Shown: positions 12,237 to 28,384 of the stretch, piece by piece
Numbering within the stretch: the first letter of the stretch is position 1
Layout: each line of letters opens with the position of its first letter
Source: Octopus vulgaris
Lineage: Eukaryota
Direction: 5' to 3'
Length of the DNA: 64,000 bases
Assembly (NCBI GenBank): GCA_951406725.2
Contig: OX597824.1
Location: 16,368,001-16,432,000, forward strand
Notes under the pieces: model-generated
What the model was told of the DNA's origin: nothing
Seen by the model: only the letters and a program-made list of their open reading frames with translations
Database searches by the model: none
Program-made: the position numbers and the translations under genes

Positions 12237-13382
12237 GGTCAGTTGTGCGTTAGTCAGTAAAAAAAGGGGAACTGAAAAAGAATTTTGAGCAGTTATACTT
12301 CTATGTAGTCGAGTAGTTTATATTTGGCTTTCGAATATAACTGGGCTGATTAGGGGAGGTCAGCCGCGTCCCCTGTTCGAAGGTTATAATGGACACAGGT
12401 TCGTGTGTCATATAGCTAGCTAGAGGCGATGGACTCTTGGAACTAATCAACGGCAGCTTTCGTCCTATATTTATGGACTGCCACATTAGCTTGGCGATAA
12501 CTGTTATATATATATATATATATATATGCATGTATGTATGTATGTATGTATGTATGTATGTATGTATGTATGTATATATACACACATTTACATATTGATA
12601 GAGGTGCGTATACTCACAGGCACGGATAAAAGTCGGTAGATGTAGGAAAATTAATGCTTTTCTCTATTCTATATATCCGGGAAACAATGTTTCTTGGTTT
12701 TTAAGGGTTTTTTTTTTATTTTGCTTCACTTTGCATTATACTTTGGCTCTCGAACTCTATTAACATCTAATGAATGCAGCAAAGAAAGCGCCACCTAACG
12801 CCTCATGCCACCCATCCCTTTTACAACTTGACATTGCTTGGTTTAATGAATTGAAAGATTTAATTAAGAAAATGATTTAATTAACTAATTATTTGTAATG
12901 ACAGAACTAAAGGACGAGCCTAAAATATGTTCTTTAAATTCAAAGCAGTGATACGTTGTATGTAGCATTCCAGTGCAGCTTTAATTAAGAGCAACATTAT
13001 TTTATTGATTCCTAATTACAAAGCCGCACATTCTTCTGGGCGACTTTGGGAATAGTCGACTTTCCAAGTGTTATTTTATCGACTCTGCAGGACTAGAAAG
13101 CTAAGTTGACAAGACTTGAAAAAAAAAAATGATAATAAAATAATAAAAAAAAAAAAAAACAACGAACAATTGCGTTAGATATTCTTTTGTGTGAAATTCT
13201 ACCGATTTGGCCAATATACCGATACTGACCTGAAGAATTGTGTTTCGTTGTCCAATCAAGAAATTCCAGAAAATCCTATCTAATTTGACTGCTACACTTG
13301 TGGCTGTTTGTCCACATTTTAGCTCCGTATACGAACCTAGCTTTTGTGCTGCTGCTGCTGCTGCTCCACCTCATCCTCCTCT

Positions 13383-14395
<1,013 letters not shown>

Positions 14396-14424
14396 GGCCT
14401 AGTCTAAGGTGCTGAACAAACTAT

Positions 14425-14585
14425 CGCAAGATTAAGGTTTCAATTCCTAGACCAGGTGGTGCGTTGCATTCTTGAGCAAAATGCTTCATTTCTCGTTGCG
14501 CAGTGTTCACTTCGACACCTGATGTGCAATGCACCCTGCTCCTGTGCAGGCAACGTCGATTTGATGAAGAAAGTATACTAATGTG
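14425..14585 (+). mobile_element. Degenerate CORE-type SINE (family G-like)
   Basis: GGTTTCAATTCC B box, then TTCTTGAGCAAAATGCTTCATTTCTCGTTGC, similar to the CORE-like domain of 25402-25755. Confidence 0.55.
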
Positions 14586-14589
14586 CATA

Positions 14590-14725
14590 AATTTAAATGT
14601 TGAAGTGAATGTAACGGTTTTTCTGTGTTTTTAAATGGCTTATAAACACCTTCCACGCTGCAATTGTTTTCGTTCCAGTACACGATCTCATATCAGGTCG
14701 CTTGCTATGCATGTACATCTCCTTA
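14590..14725 (-). mobile_element. Partial copy of the foldback element at 62557-62840
   Basis: The reverse complement matches GGAGATGTAC...AAACAATTGCAGCGTGGAAGGTGTTTATAAGCCATTTAA; ends at (TA)n. Confidence 0.75.
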
Positions 14726-15209
14726 ATATATATATATATATAAATATATGAAATAGGAACAGCTCTAGTCTAATAATTATCAAAAACCTTATATACATTT
14801 ACATATGTGCTTCGTGTAGTTGTTGGGAGGTCGCTATTTGTAACGTGGTGTATATACTCCCTTAAAGCACTGTGTTTTATGATGGAAATATGAATTTGAA
14901 AAATTTGATTTTGAAAAGTACAAAAGAGGCGCTGTAATGTAAAAAAAAAAATCTCTTCTAAGTTTTTTTCCCCCCTCACGTCCATACCATTCTTGTATAA
15001 GATTGGCATCAATCTTGAATGAAGACGGAATGGTTGAAGGCATAATATGATCAGAGACAGATGAGCGAGGAACGAGAAAGTCGCTTACACGCTACATGGA
15101 ATCAAAATCTTGTAATTGTCTTGACAAAAAGAAAGTTTTTCGTAAAGGCGTTATGGGATTCTTGGTTCTTAAAGCTGGCCTGAATAATGGGATTAGGCGA
15201 AATCCTACA

Positions 15210-15249
15210 ATTATAATAATAACAATAATAATAAATAATAATAATAATG

Positions 15250-15280
<31 letters not shown>

Positions 15281-15303
15281 TAATAATAATAATAATAATA
15301 ATG

Positions 15304-15349
<46 letters not shown>

Positions 15350-15413
15350 TAATAATGATAATAATAATAATAATAATCATAATAATAATCATAATAATAA
15401 AAATAAAAATAAA

Positions 15414-15498
<85 letters not shown>

Positions 15499-15520
15499 GT
15501 AATGATAACAATAACATAAT
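15210..15520 (+). repeat. (AAT)n microsatellite
   Basis: Direct reading. Confidence 0.95.
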
Positions 15521-15565
15521 AATTGCACCACTAATATCTATCTATCTATCTATCTATCATTATAT

Positions 15566-15609
<44 letters not shown>

Positions 15610-15692
15610 TTAAATATATATATATAAATGTACATGTATACGTATGTATGCAAATATATACATATGTATATTTATGTGTATATATACATACA

Positions 15693-15744
<52 letters not shown>

Positions 15745-15852
15745 GTATTATAATTTGGTGCTCCAGCATAGGCGCAGTCAAATGACTGAAACAAGTAAAA
15801 GAGTAAAAGAGTAATATGTGTGTATATATATATTTATATGTATATATATATG

Positions 15853-15889
<37 letters not shown>

Positions 15890-15967
15890 ATGTATATGTA
15901 TATATATAATAGACAGAATAAGATAACATTCTCATACTCATATATTATATATAGATATATGCATGTA

Positions 15968-16018
<51 letters not shown>

Positions 16019-16539
16019 GTATATATATAGGCATGTATGTATATAAATACATACATATACACATATATTCATGTATATATATATATATGTACGCATGTAT
16101 ATATATGTATATACATATAAGTGTGTGTGTGTGTGCATGTGTGTATATAGATATATGTATATACCAATTCTTTTTTCGTATCTCTGCCCTAGATGTGTGT
16201 ATGTGTGCGTGTGTGTGTGTGTGTGTCTATCTATATATGTATACACCACGTTTTTTTTGTATGTTTGCCCTTGATGTGTTTATGTGTTCGCGATGCACTC
16301 TTGCATGGAAAAGCAGTGGAAATGGAGTGGAATGCGTGCGAATCAGACAAAGAAGAGACAAGTTAAATGGCAGAGAATTATCCAACTTAAGTAGTCAAAA
16401 AAATGCTTTTCCTATTGTCTTTCTGTGATCCTGGCTCAACATACAATGACATTGTTAATATTCTGCCGCTCCCCCGTGCACATCACGCCTCCTACTCTAT
16501 ATCTACCTCTTGCCGCTGCTCACCAAACCACACTTGCTG

Positions 16540-16870
16540 TCTTTCCTTCTTCCTTTCTTTCTTTCTTCCTTTCTTTCTTTCTATCCTTCTTTCTTTCTTT
16601 ATAGCTTTGCTTCTTCCTTTCTTTCGTTCTTCCTTTCTTTCGTTCTTTCGTTCTTCATTTCTTTCTTCCTTTCTTTCGTCCTTTCTTTCGTTCTTTCGTG
16701 CGTTTTTTCTTCTTTTTGTTCTTTTTTTCGCTTTCTTTCTTTTTTCTTTCTTTCTTTCTGTCTTTCATTCTTTGTCTTTGTTTCTGTTTTTCTTTGCTCG
16801 TTCCATTCTTTCTTTCTGTCTTTCTTTTTTTTCTGTCTTTCTTTTCTTTCTGTCTTTCTTTTTCTTTCCT

Positions 16871-16906
<36 letters not shown>

Positions 16907-17045
16907 TCCTTCTTTCTTCCTGTCTTCCTTCCTTCCTTCCCTCCCTCCCTCCTTTCTTTCTTTCTCTCTCTTTCTTCCCTCCTTTCTTTCTTTTCTTTCT
17001 TTCTGTCTTTTCTCCTTTCTCTCTCTTTCTTTCATCCTTCCTACT
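16540..17045 (+). repeat. (CTTT)n-like polypyrimidine tract
   Basis: Direct reading. Confidence 0.9.
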
Positions 17046-17634
17046 TCAATCTGTCTCGTTCGTTTTCTCTACTTGTCTCTCGCATTTGTACTTCTACGGT
17101 TTTTTGTTTACACAAGGCCCGAAATTATTGGGGAGGGGGCCAGTCGATTAGACCGACCTCAGCATGTAACTGGTACGTCAAAACAATGAAAGGCAAAGTC
17201 GTCCTCGTCTAAAGTCTATATTCATTCCGCTCCTTCATTCAATTTCTTCTCGCTATTAACTTTGAGTATTAAATATCTATTTTTTGTGTATACACACACG
17301 CGCACACGCACACACACACTCTCACACACACGCACATACGCACACAAGCACACATGCACGCACAACCACACGTACACAAACTTACACACACGCGCACACA
17401 CACATACACACACACACATCCTACACACGCACACATACATGCACACATACACACAGACACACACACACACGCATGCGCGCACACGCGCACACAGGCACAC
17501 ACACCCACAAGCACAAACTCACACGCACAAACTCTCACACACGCACACACACGCACACACACACACGCACACACATGCACGCACACAAGTACATATAGGT
17601 ATATATCTTTAACCTTTTTTGGGGGGTTCATCCT

Positions 17635-17965
17635 TCAGACTGCGGCCATGCTGCAGCACTGCCTTGAATCAAATACATGACTTTTTTTTAAAGTACTTAT
17701 TCTATCGGTCTCCTTTGCCGAACCACTAATTTACGGGGATGTTAAACACACCGGTTATTAAGCAGTGGTGGTGGGACAAACACAGACACACACACACATA
17801 AACTTATATACATACATACACGAACACACACAAGGTTACCAACCACAAGGTTCCGGGTTCAGTCCCACAGCATCGCACCTTGGGCAAGTATCTTCTACTA
17901 TAGCATCGGTCAAATGAAAACCTTGTCAGTGGATTTGGCAAACGGAAACTGAAAGATTGTCGTGT
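17635..17965. mobile_element. Family A SINE pieces in opposite orientations (3' half minus, 5' half plus)
   Basis: 17635-17800 matches the reverse complement of the 3' half; 17836-17965 matches the 5' half forward. Confidence 0.7.
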
Positions 17966-17984
17966 ATAGGACCTTTTAATGGAA

Positions 17985-18343
17985 GTACTCCGTCGGTTAC
18001 GACGATGAGGGTTCCGGTTGATCCGAATCAACGGAACAGCCTGCTCGTGAAATTAACGTGTAAGTGGCTGAGCACTCCACAGACACGTGTACCCTTAACG
18101 TGACACAGAGAGTGACAAGGCCGGCCCTTTGAAATACAGGTACAACAGAAACAGGAAGTAAGAGTGAGAGAAAGTTGTGGTGAAAGAGTACAGCAGGGGT
18201 CACCACCATCCCCTGCCGGAGCCTCGTGGAGCTTTTAGGTGTTTTCGCTCAATAAACACTTACAACGCCCGGTCTAGGAATCGAAACCGCGATCCTATGA
18301 CCGCGAGTCCGCTGCCCTAACCACTGGGCCATTGTGCCTCCAC
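17985..18343 (-). mobile_element. SINE family C with tail 1, full length, 13-bp TSD
   Basis: Head GGTGGAGGCACAATGGCCCAGTGGTTAGGGCAGCGGACTCGCGG (tRNA-Arg-like). CGTGTATAGGACC is duplicated at 17961-17973 and 18344-18356. Confidence 0.92.
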
Positions 18344-18677
18344 CGTGTATAGGACCATACCATATGATAACTATATATTATATCAAACCTTGAAACTGTG
18401 TGGACTAAGGTCCTCGTTGACAGGCCGCTGGTATTTATAGAGTGTTAAACACTTTCAGTGTGCAAATTAGGGTCTCCTTCATAGAGTAACTGCTGCATTT
18501 GTTGAGTATATACACAGTTTGGCTGTTTGTTACTCTGCAGACTCTCAGAATGGCGTAGACGCCTCTGATGAGAACCCAATAAGATTGGAAAATCGATTGG
18601 GTGTTGTTCGTCATTTTTTTTCAGTCTGCGGAGAAATGGCTAAACTTTGCACTGTTTATAATTATACCATGTGTTAA

Positions 18678-18716
<39 letters not shown>

Positions 18717-18717
<1 letters not shown>

Positions 18718-18869
18718 TTCTCTCCTTGTTTTTTCTGTGTCCCTTTCTGTAGAAGAGCGTAGGCTCGAAACGTAAAAGACTTTTTCTTTTCCTGAGCGTT
18801 ATACTAATACATCTGTTTGTTCTGTACACTACCTGTCTTCGTCTTACGTTTTTTTTCGTAAACTCTCCC

Positions 18870-18870
<1 letters not shown>
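18717..18870 (+). mobile_element. Short repeat family E (HHR-like) within (TA)n
   Basis: 18743-18778 reads CTTT-CTGTAGA-A-GAGC(GTAG)GCTC-GAAAC-GT-A-AAAG. Confidence 0.8.
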
Positions 18871-18916
<46 letters not shown>

Positions 18917-19104
18917 GTTTTTGTACGTCTCTGATTGTCCGCCCAACATCGCTTGAATAAAGTGGTATTTTATTATCTCTGTGGTATTCGAGTGCTGTTT
19001 CCACCATATTGTTTAGAACCTCTGTACTTATCTTCCAGATCCACACAAAAACTTTGGTTGTACTTGCGCTATAAGAGAAAGCACTTGCCTAGGGTGCCAT
19101 GGGA

Positions 19105-19222
19105 TGGCCGATACAATCAGTACTACGCTTACAAGGAACTCCTGGGATCGATTTGTACGACTAAAGGCGTTGCTCCAGTATGACCGCAGTCAAATGACTG
19201 AAACAAGCAAAAGAATAAAAGA
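19105..19222 (+). mobile_element. SINE family A 3' fragment
   Basis: CGACTAAAGGCG...CAGTCAAATGACTGAAACAAG tail. Confidence 0.75.
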
Positions 19223-19372
19223 ATTTAAAATATATGTGTGTGTGTATACACGTATGTATGTATGTATGTATGTATGTATGTATGTATGTATGTATGTATG
19301 TATGTATGTATGCATGTATGTATGTATGTGTGTGTATATACGTATGTACGTATGTGTGTGTGTGTGTTTGTA

Positions 19373-19490
<118 letters not shown>

Positions 19491-20176
19491 CGTTTTTATG
19501 GATGCTGCGTGTCTGAGAATCTTACGCACGTAGATCTAGGAATTATTTTCATACATCTTTCTGAATAGCTCAATTCATTCATATATGTATGTGTATAAGC
19601 AGCCATTGTTGCGCTCGAGTGTACCCGTGTATGTATATACATACATGCTTGCGTGTATGAACGTATATGACTATTAACACCAAATGAATCCAGTTAAGCT
19701 CAAATAACTATCTAAATATCCATCCACCATGTTGGCTGTGGCTAAGTAAACGTAACAAAGTACTCTGCATCCAGTAGGAGGTAGTGAATCTTATTTCTTC
19801 AACCTCTGCTTTCTCACAAACCATCTCTATTCTTGTTGATGGCCTTTTTTTTTTTTGCTCCTTTTTTTTTCTTTGTTTAATTATTTTTTTGTTCAGGGTT
19901 GCTTGCGACTGCCCGTACACATAGCAAAGTCAGGGAATAAATTGGCCGCGTCAACTTCTTCCGGTTGTTTTGATCACGGGGGCAAATTTGACACCGCCAC
20001 CGTTCGACAAATGAAGCATGCATTCCGTTCGCACCGACGATCCTTCAAGTGAGGAATACTGAAAAGGAGTAACGCATACATACATACATATATACATACA
20101 TTCTTACATCCATCCATCCATCCATCCATCCATCCATCCATCCATCCATTCATCCATACATACATACATACATACA

Positions 20177-20208
<32 letters not shown>

Positions 20209-20480
20209 CATACATGCATACATACATACATATATTATATATATATATATACATACACACACATATATAAACATATACATATACATACACATATATATAT
20301 CTGTTTATATGTGTGTATATATATATAGAGAGAGAGATATACACAAAGATTTACATGTATATTGTACATATGTGTGTTTATGTAATTATGTATGTATTTG
20401 TGTGTTTGTGTCTGTGTGCGTGTGTTTTTGTGTGTATACACACGCATATATATATGTATATATATGTTTATATATGTATA

Positions 20481-20522
<42 letters not shown>

Positions 20523-20561
20523 TATATAGGAATATATATATATCAAATGGGAATATATATG

Positions 20562-20600
<39 letters not shown>

Positions 20601-20914
20601 GGAGTATACATATCTGTGTGTGTGTGTGTATACATCAAATGTGAGTGTGTATATATATCATTTGTGAATACATACATATACATGTGTGTGTAAGGAAGAA
20701 GAAAACGTAACAATAACATGAAAAGCAAATAAAATGAAAACATTAAAACAAAGATGGCGAAACTATGTTGAAACTGATAAAACGATAAAAATAAAGCTTC
20801 TCATTGAAAATTGCACCCATTTTGTAAGTTTATCAGAGTGCATACAATTCTTTTAAAGTCATCTACTCCAATACACAAAGAACTGAGAAAAAGAACGCTT
20901 ACATGCATACGATA

Positions 20915-20958
<44 letters not shown>

Positions 20959-21616
20959 ACATATTGGCAAGAACACGCAAATACATGCACGCACGTGAGC
21001 TTACGCAAGTGTATTTGTTCTTGCGGAAAATATCATATCTACGTATAGTGGATCTTTTTACGTCATGAAATATAAGGTTTTGGTATTCCAAGAAATTGCG
21101 TGGAATTTGTACTTTTGGTTTTAGAAGATTGGCCAAGAATAAGTTTATTGTGATGTGAATAAGAGCAATAATATTAACGAGTCGTCAACTGGTCGCCCCA
21201 GTTGCTAGAAATAGCAACAGAATATATCTCGTTTTATAAATGATTTTCCCAAAGGAAAATATTTTGTATTGATATCCTGGATAAAATACACGGTGGGTAA
21301 TAGGTAAGACGCTGTTGTTAATAAGTTGGTGCCTTCAGAAATCATTTGTAGATAATAAAAACAACGAAAACAATGACTGCAAAGACAACAACAGCAACAA
21401 CAACGTGCTCATACCATGTCTTACTTCTCTCTAGCCCCACTTTTCGCATCGTGTCTAATGTAGCACTTCCGCTGCCGGATCGTGGCGCCACAACTTGGAC
21501 TAGTTCGGGGCAGGTCTAAAGCATTCGTTCGTGATATGGGAAATGGTTTCATCCACTCTATTGCAGATGCGGCACAGAGGAAACACTTGCTCATTCCTCA
21601 GGTTGACCCTCCAAGA

Positions 21617-21767
<151 letters not shown>

Positions 21768-21779
21768 CCTTTCTGCTAT

Positions 21780-21975
21780 AGGCACAAGGCCTGAAATTTC
21801 GGCAAAGGTGGGTAATACGTCGACCGCAGTATTCAACTTGTACTTGTTTTATCGACGTCAAACGGAGGAAAGGTAAAGTCGACCTCCGCGGAATTTGAAC
21901 TCAAAACGTAGCAACGGGTGAAATACAGTTAATCATTTCACCTGGCGTGCTAACGGTTCTGCCAGCTCACTGCCT
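21780..21975 (-). mobile_element. SINE family B with tail 2
   Basis: Family B head and body with a GGCCTTGTGCCTATAGCAGAAAGG tail; lies between (ATT)n and (AAT)n. Confidence 0.8.
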
Positions 21976-21976
21976 A

Positions 21977-22048
<72 letters not shown>

Positions 22049-22049
22049 C

Positions 22050-22400
22050 ACGAACAGAAGTATTGGAGGAGCATCATAGCCATGTGTTGAGAGGGATTCT
22101 TTGGGGTTTGAATAGTTCACCTCTGGAAACATGGGTGGTTCTTTCAACATCCTTAAACAACCCTTATTCAGGGACCGTTTGAGCGGGATGGGCTACTCAA
22201 CCTGAAGAAAATTCTAACTGGGCCCCAACTGCAAGGTCATGTGCTGTTTATCTTGATATGAGATCACCATGTCGCGCACATATGGTTGTGATGCATGTGC
22301 CTGGTGTACCTTTATCAGACGGGTAGTCATGATGGGTATATTGGGCTTCGTATATTTTGCCCCAGTGTCACTTTGATGGCATGAACTGCTCTCTCACTCA
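22050..22400 (+). mobile_element. 5'-truncated copy of a (TAA)n-embedded non-LTR 3' region
   Basis: Nearly identical to 23372-23720; both end ...CACTC-AAT(AAT)n and are flanked by (TAA)n. Confidence 0.7.
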
Positions 22401-22403
22401 ATG

Positions 22404-23806
<1,403 letters not shown>

Positions 23807-24697
23807 TAATAATAATGATAATAATAATGATAATAATGATAATAATAATAATAATAATGATAACAACAAAAACAACAGCAGGAGCAAAAAGAACAACACC
23901 AAAACAGCAATTACAACTACAACAATAATAATGGTTTCAAATTTTGTCACAAGTACAGCAATTTTGGGGAAGGAGATGAGTGATGAGTCGATTACATCGA
24001 CTCCAGTGTTCAACTGGATGATGATGATGATGATGATGATGATATGTTTGATTATGAAAAATGCAATAACAACAAGATCCAAAGCAATAATATTCGTAAC
24101 AATATTTACTACTACCTCTCTATTGGGCCCAAGGACCCATTGTACATTACAAACAAATTGTTTTTAAAAAAGGCGGTAAGAAAAGATGTGTGAAAATTTG
24201 ATATATCAAAGGAACCATGAACTCTGCCTGGGATTAACCTGACTTAATGCTTTTGTCCGAAACCAAACATGACTTAAAATATAAGATTAATGGATTTGTT
24301 AGATTAAAACCCTTCAAGGTGGTGCTCCAGCGTGGCTGCTGTCACATGGCTGAAACAAGTAAAAGAATTCAAGAGTAAGAGAATAAATTATTAAACTCGA
24401 ACACAGATTTGGCAAACACGGGAACAGTGAAACCTATGTCGTGTTTGTCTTCGTTATCTTGGACGTCTTCAAGATTGGGTTCCTTGTCATTACTTCCGGT
24501 CGAATTCTGCTTGGGTTCGACCTTTTCTTTTCGATGGATTCTTTCTCATTTTGCCCTTCGCATTTTCTCCCCCAGTTTGAAATAATTTTCGGTCATCTTC
24601 TTCTCGACAACTGCTGATGAGATGACGCTGAATATTCTTGATCGGAAATTCTCTCCGAGATTCATCTACAATTTCAATTTTTTTCGATCAGACAGAT

Positions 24698-25348
24698 CTT
24701 ATTTCTTTATTGTCCACAAGGGTCTAAACATAGATGGGACAAACAAGGACAAACAAAGGGATTAAGTCGATTACATCGACCCCAGTTCGTAATTGGTACT
24801 AAATTTATCTACCCCGAAAGGATTTAAGGCAAAGTCTTGGCTGTAGTTATTGTTGTTGTTGTTGTTGTTGCTGTTGTTGTGGTGGTGGTGGTGGTGGTGG
24901 CGGTGGCGGTGGCGGTGGTGGTGGTGGTGGTGGTGGTTACTGTTGTTGCTGTTGACGTCGTCGTCGCCATTTTTACGGCAGCGATAGTCGGTAGGATAGT
25001 TTGCGCACCGGGCAAAACGCTGAGCGGTATTTCGGCCGTCTTTTCGTTCAGAGTTCAAATTCCGCCGAGGTCGACTTTGCTTTTCATCCTTTCGGGGTGG
25101 ATAAATTAAGTACCTATTTCTTTACTACCCACAAGGGGCTAAACACAGAGAGGACATACAAGGACAGAAAAACGGATTAAGTCGATTATATCGATCCGAG
25201 TGCGTAACTGGTACTTTAATTTATCGAACCCCGAAAGGATGAAAGGCAAAGTCGACCTCGGCGGAATTTGAACTCAGAACGTAACGGCAGACGAAATACG
25301 GCTACGCATTTCGCCCGGTGCGCTAACATTTCTGCCAGCTCGCCTCCT
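24698..25348. mobile_element. Cluster of family B SINEs (minus partial 24698-24838; plus partial about 24985-25112; minus full 25113-25348)
   Basis: Direct homology to the family B consensus; interrupted by a (GTT)/(GGT) microsatellite. Confidence 0.85.
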
Positions 25349-25401
25349 TATATCTGTCTGATCGAGCTTGCCGCTCGATCAGACAGATCTATCATCTACA
25401 A

Positions 25402-25755
25402 TAAAGGGTAAAAGGGTAAAAGACCCCCTTCGGTCATGAATGACCATGGGATTGCACCTAGAAAGTTACCCTCCTAGACACAAGTCCGGGCAAGGTTGTT
25501 TATGGAAGACCAGCAGTCGCCCATGCATACCAGCCTCCATTTTCCATGCCACCAATGTTATCCAAGGGAAAGACAAAGGTCGATACAGCTTGGCACCAGT
25601 GACGTCGCAACTCATTTCTACAGCTGAGTGAACTGGAGCAACGTGAAATAAAGTGCCTTGCTCAAGAACACAACACGCAGCCTGGTCCGGGATTCGAGCT
25701 CACAACCTCACGATCGTAAGCTCGACGCTCTAACCACTGAACCATGCGCCTTCAC
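25402..25755 (-). mobile_element. SINE family G: tRNA-Arg-like head plus CORE domain (octopus OR2-like)
   Basis: Reverse complement GTGAAGGCGCATGGTTCAGTGGTTAGAGCG...ACG...GCTCGAATCCCG, then GTGTTCTTGAGCAAGGCACTTTATTTCACGTTGCTCCAGTTCACTCAGCTGTAGAAATGAG (CORE-like) and a (TTTTACCC)n tail. The OR2 assignment is from recollection. Confidence 0.8.
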
Positions 25756-25981
25756 AATATTGATATAGTAAACATCCAGCTTTAAAAAATATATATTTAA
25801 GCAATTAAATAATTACGCTACTCTAACTGCACCGTTCAAGTTTCTTCTTAGGATTTAAGCCAGCAATACTAAGCTTGAGGAACGTGTAGTTGCTATTTCT
25901 GACACTTTCAACGACTGCCCAGATGTTCACTTACTGACCTGTGTTTTATACATTGCAGAAATACGTAAAAATTACACAGAA

Positions 25982-26146
25982 GCCGCAGGAGTGGCTGTGT
26001 GGTAAGTAGCTTGCTAACCAACCACATGGTTCCAGGTTCAGTCCCACTGCGTGGCATCTTGGGCAAGTGTCTTCTGCTATAGCCCCGGGCCGACCAATGC
26101 CTTGTGAGTGGATTTGGTAGATGGAAACTGAAAGAAACCTGTCGCA

Positions 26147-26203
<57 letters not shown>

Positions 26204-26391
26204 TTGTCCCCCTAGCATTGCTTGACAACCGATGCTGGTGTGTTTACGTCCCCGTCACTTAGCGGTTCGGCAAAAGAGACCGATAGAATAAGTACTGGGC
26301 TTACAAAAGAATAAGTCCCGGGGTCGAGTTGCTCGACTAAAGGCGGTGCTCCAGCATGGCCGCAGTCAAATGACTGAAAAAAGTAAAAAAA
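25982..26391 (+). mobile_element. SINE family A, full length, 14-bp TSD
   Basis: AAAAATTACACAGA at 25967-25980 and 26392-26405. Confidence 0.93.
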
Positions 26392-27455
26392 AAAAATTAC
26401 ACAGATTAGCATCTGTTACCGTATATGTTATACACAAAACTATGTAGGCTCGATTAAATCTCCTGCTGTTGCTATACATGTGGCTGTACATTTACGGAAT
26501 TTGCGGTATTTAGGGGACAAGGTTGTGATTTTCAACCCCGTGCGCCCTGGAAGGGGTTCTGCAGCAGTAAACGGTTTCTTATTCTTCCTTATATTTTATT
26601 TTCTCCTTCTCGCCTTATCGTATTCTTGGCTCCTTCAATGCTTGGAACGTCATGCCCAATTAACAAATCATTATTTTCGTTATTTTCTTCATGACTAAAC
26701 AGGGGAAAAACAGAGCTAAAAATTAATGGACATTGCTTCGTTGGGGGTAAACATTTTGGCATGTCCGGTCAAACTCCTTGGCAGCGTCCGAAGCGATGCG
26801 AAGTGTCACATGCGTCGAAAATTACAAGGAAATAGATGTCCGACTCGGCTAAATTAACTGCGACTGACGAAGCGCACCTAAAAATGCGGCGCAACCGTGC
26901 GTAAGAATTCTGGTGAGGAAGAATGTAAGATTGGCATGACCAACAATAATACCTTCGCCATTTCTATGTCTGCTTATTTCCTTAGATTTCTTACCACATA
27001 CTTTCACACACTTACAAAGATTTGGACATAAACATACTCATAACTACACATATAGGCATACATACGTACGTACATACATACGTACGTACATTCATACATG
27101 CATTCATACATACATTACATACGTGCATATACACACACTTATATAAACATACATACGGGCTTATATACATATGTTCATTCATACGGACATGCATATGTAC
27201 ATACATACATACACATATACGCATGCCTACATACGTACACAGATTCATTTATCCTTTTTTTCGAATATCTGTGTCTGTATCTATCTATATAGATAAAAGC
27301 ATTTATAATGTACGTATATGTACAGACGCATTTACATGTATATTTATAGATGAGTATACCTACACACACATATACGAATATTTGCACATTCGTATTTATG
27401 TATGTGCGTACGTGTGTATATGACCTAAACATAAAACTATAGATGAGTATATATG

Positions 27456-27501
<46 letters not shown>

Positions 27502-27725
27502 CATTCATATACATTTATACATATATTTATACATATATTACACACTCACACACACACATATATATATGTATATATATATGTGTAAATATGTATAAATATA
27601 TATATATATACATGTATATATATATATATATTTGCATATAGTGTATATAATTTTATGTTTTATTCATATACACACGTACGTACATACATAAATATGAATG
27701 TGCAAATCTTCATATATGTGTGTGT

Positions 27726-27773
<48 letters not shown>

Positions 27774-27833
27774 TTATATATATATGTATGTATGTATGCA
27801 CATATATATATATGTATATTTATATATGTATAA

Positions 27834-27937
<104 letters not shown>

Positions 27938-27939
27938 TC

Positions 27940-28384
27940 GACGAGGTGCAATGAAACAGTGGTTAGGGCATAAGGATCGTGGTTTCAATTTCCAGACCGG
28001 GCATTGTGAGTGTTTATTGAGGAAAAAGACTTAAAGCTCCAAGAGACTCCAAAAAGGATGGTGGTGGCGAACCCTGCTGTACTCTTTGACCACAACTTTC
28101 TCTCACTCTTTCTCCCTGTTTCTGTTGTAACTGTATTTCAAAGGGCCAGATTTGTCGCTTGTCACCGTCTGTGTCACGCCGAATCTCGTTAAGAACTACG
28201 TTAAGGGTACACACGTCTGTGGAGTGCTCAACCACTTTACACGTTAATTTCACGAGCAGACCGTTCCGTTGATTGGATCAGCTGGGACCCTCGTCGTATG
28301 TATATACATTACTACGGCACCCCGTCGGGTACGACCGCGAGGGTTCTAGTTGATCTCATGAACGGGACAGTCTTCCCGTGAAAC

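Noticed and set aside
25680-25755. tRNA-like sequences (also the heads at 6101, 18270-18343 and 30190-30262)
   Set aside because: They are SINE heads attached to repeat bodies, with no intact acceptor stem or cloverleaf; not tRNA genes.
26425-26905. CYTQNYVGS (GIY-YIG-like) and CTGACGA..CGCA/TGCG..GCAAC suggesting a Penelope remnant
   Set aside because: The motifs are too short, the GAAA core is absent and there is no extended protein similarity; left unassigned.
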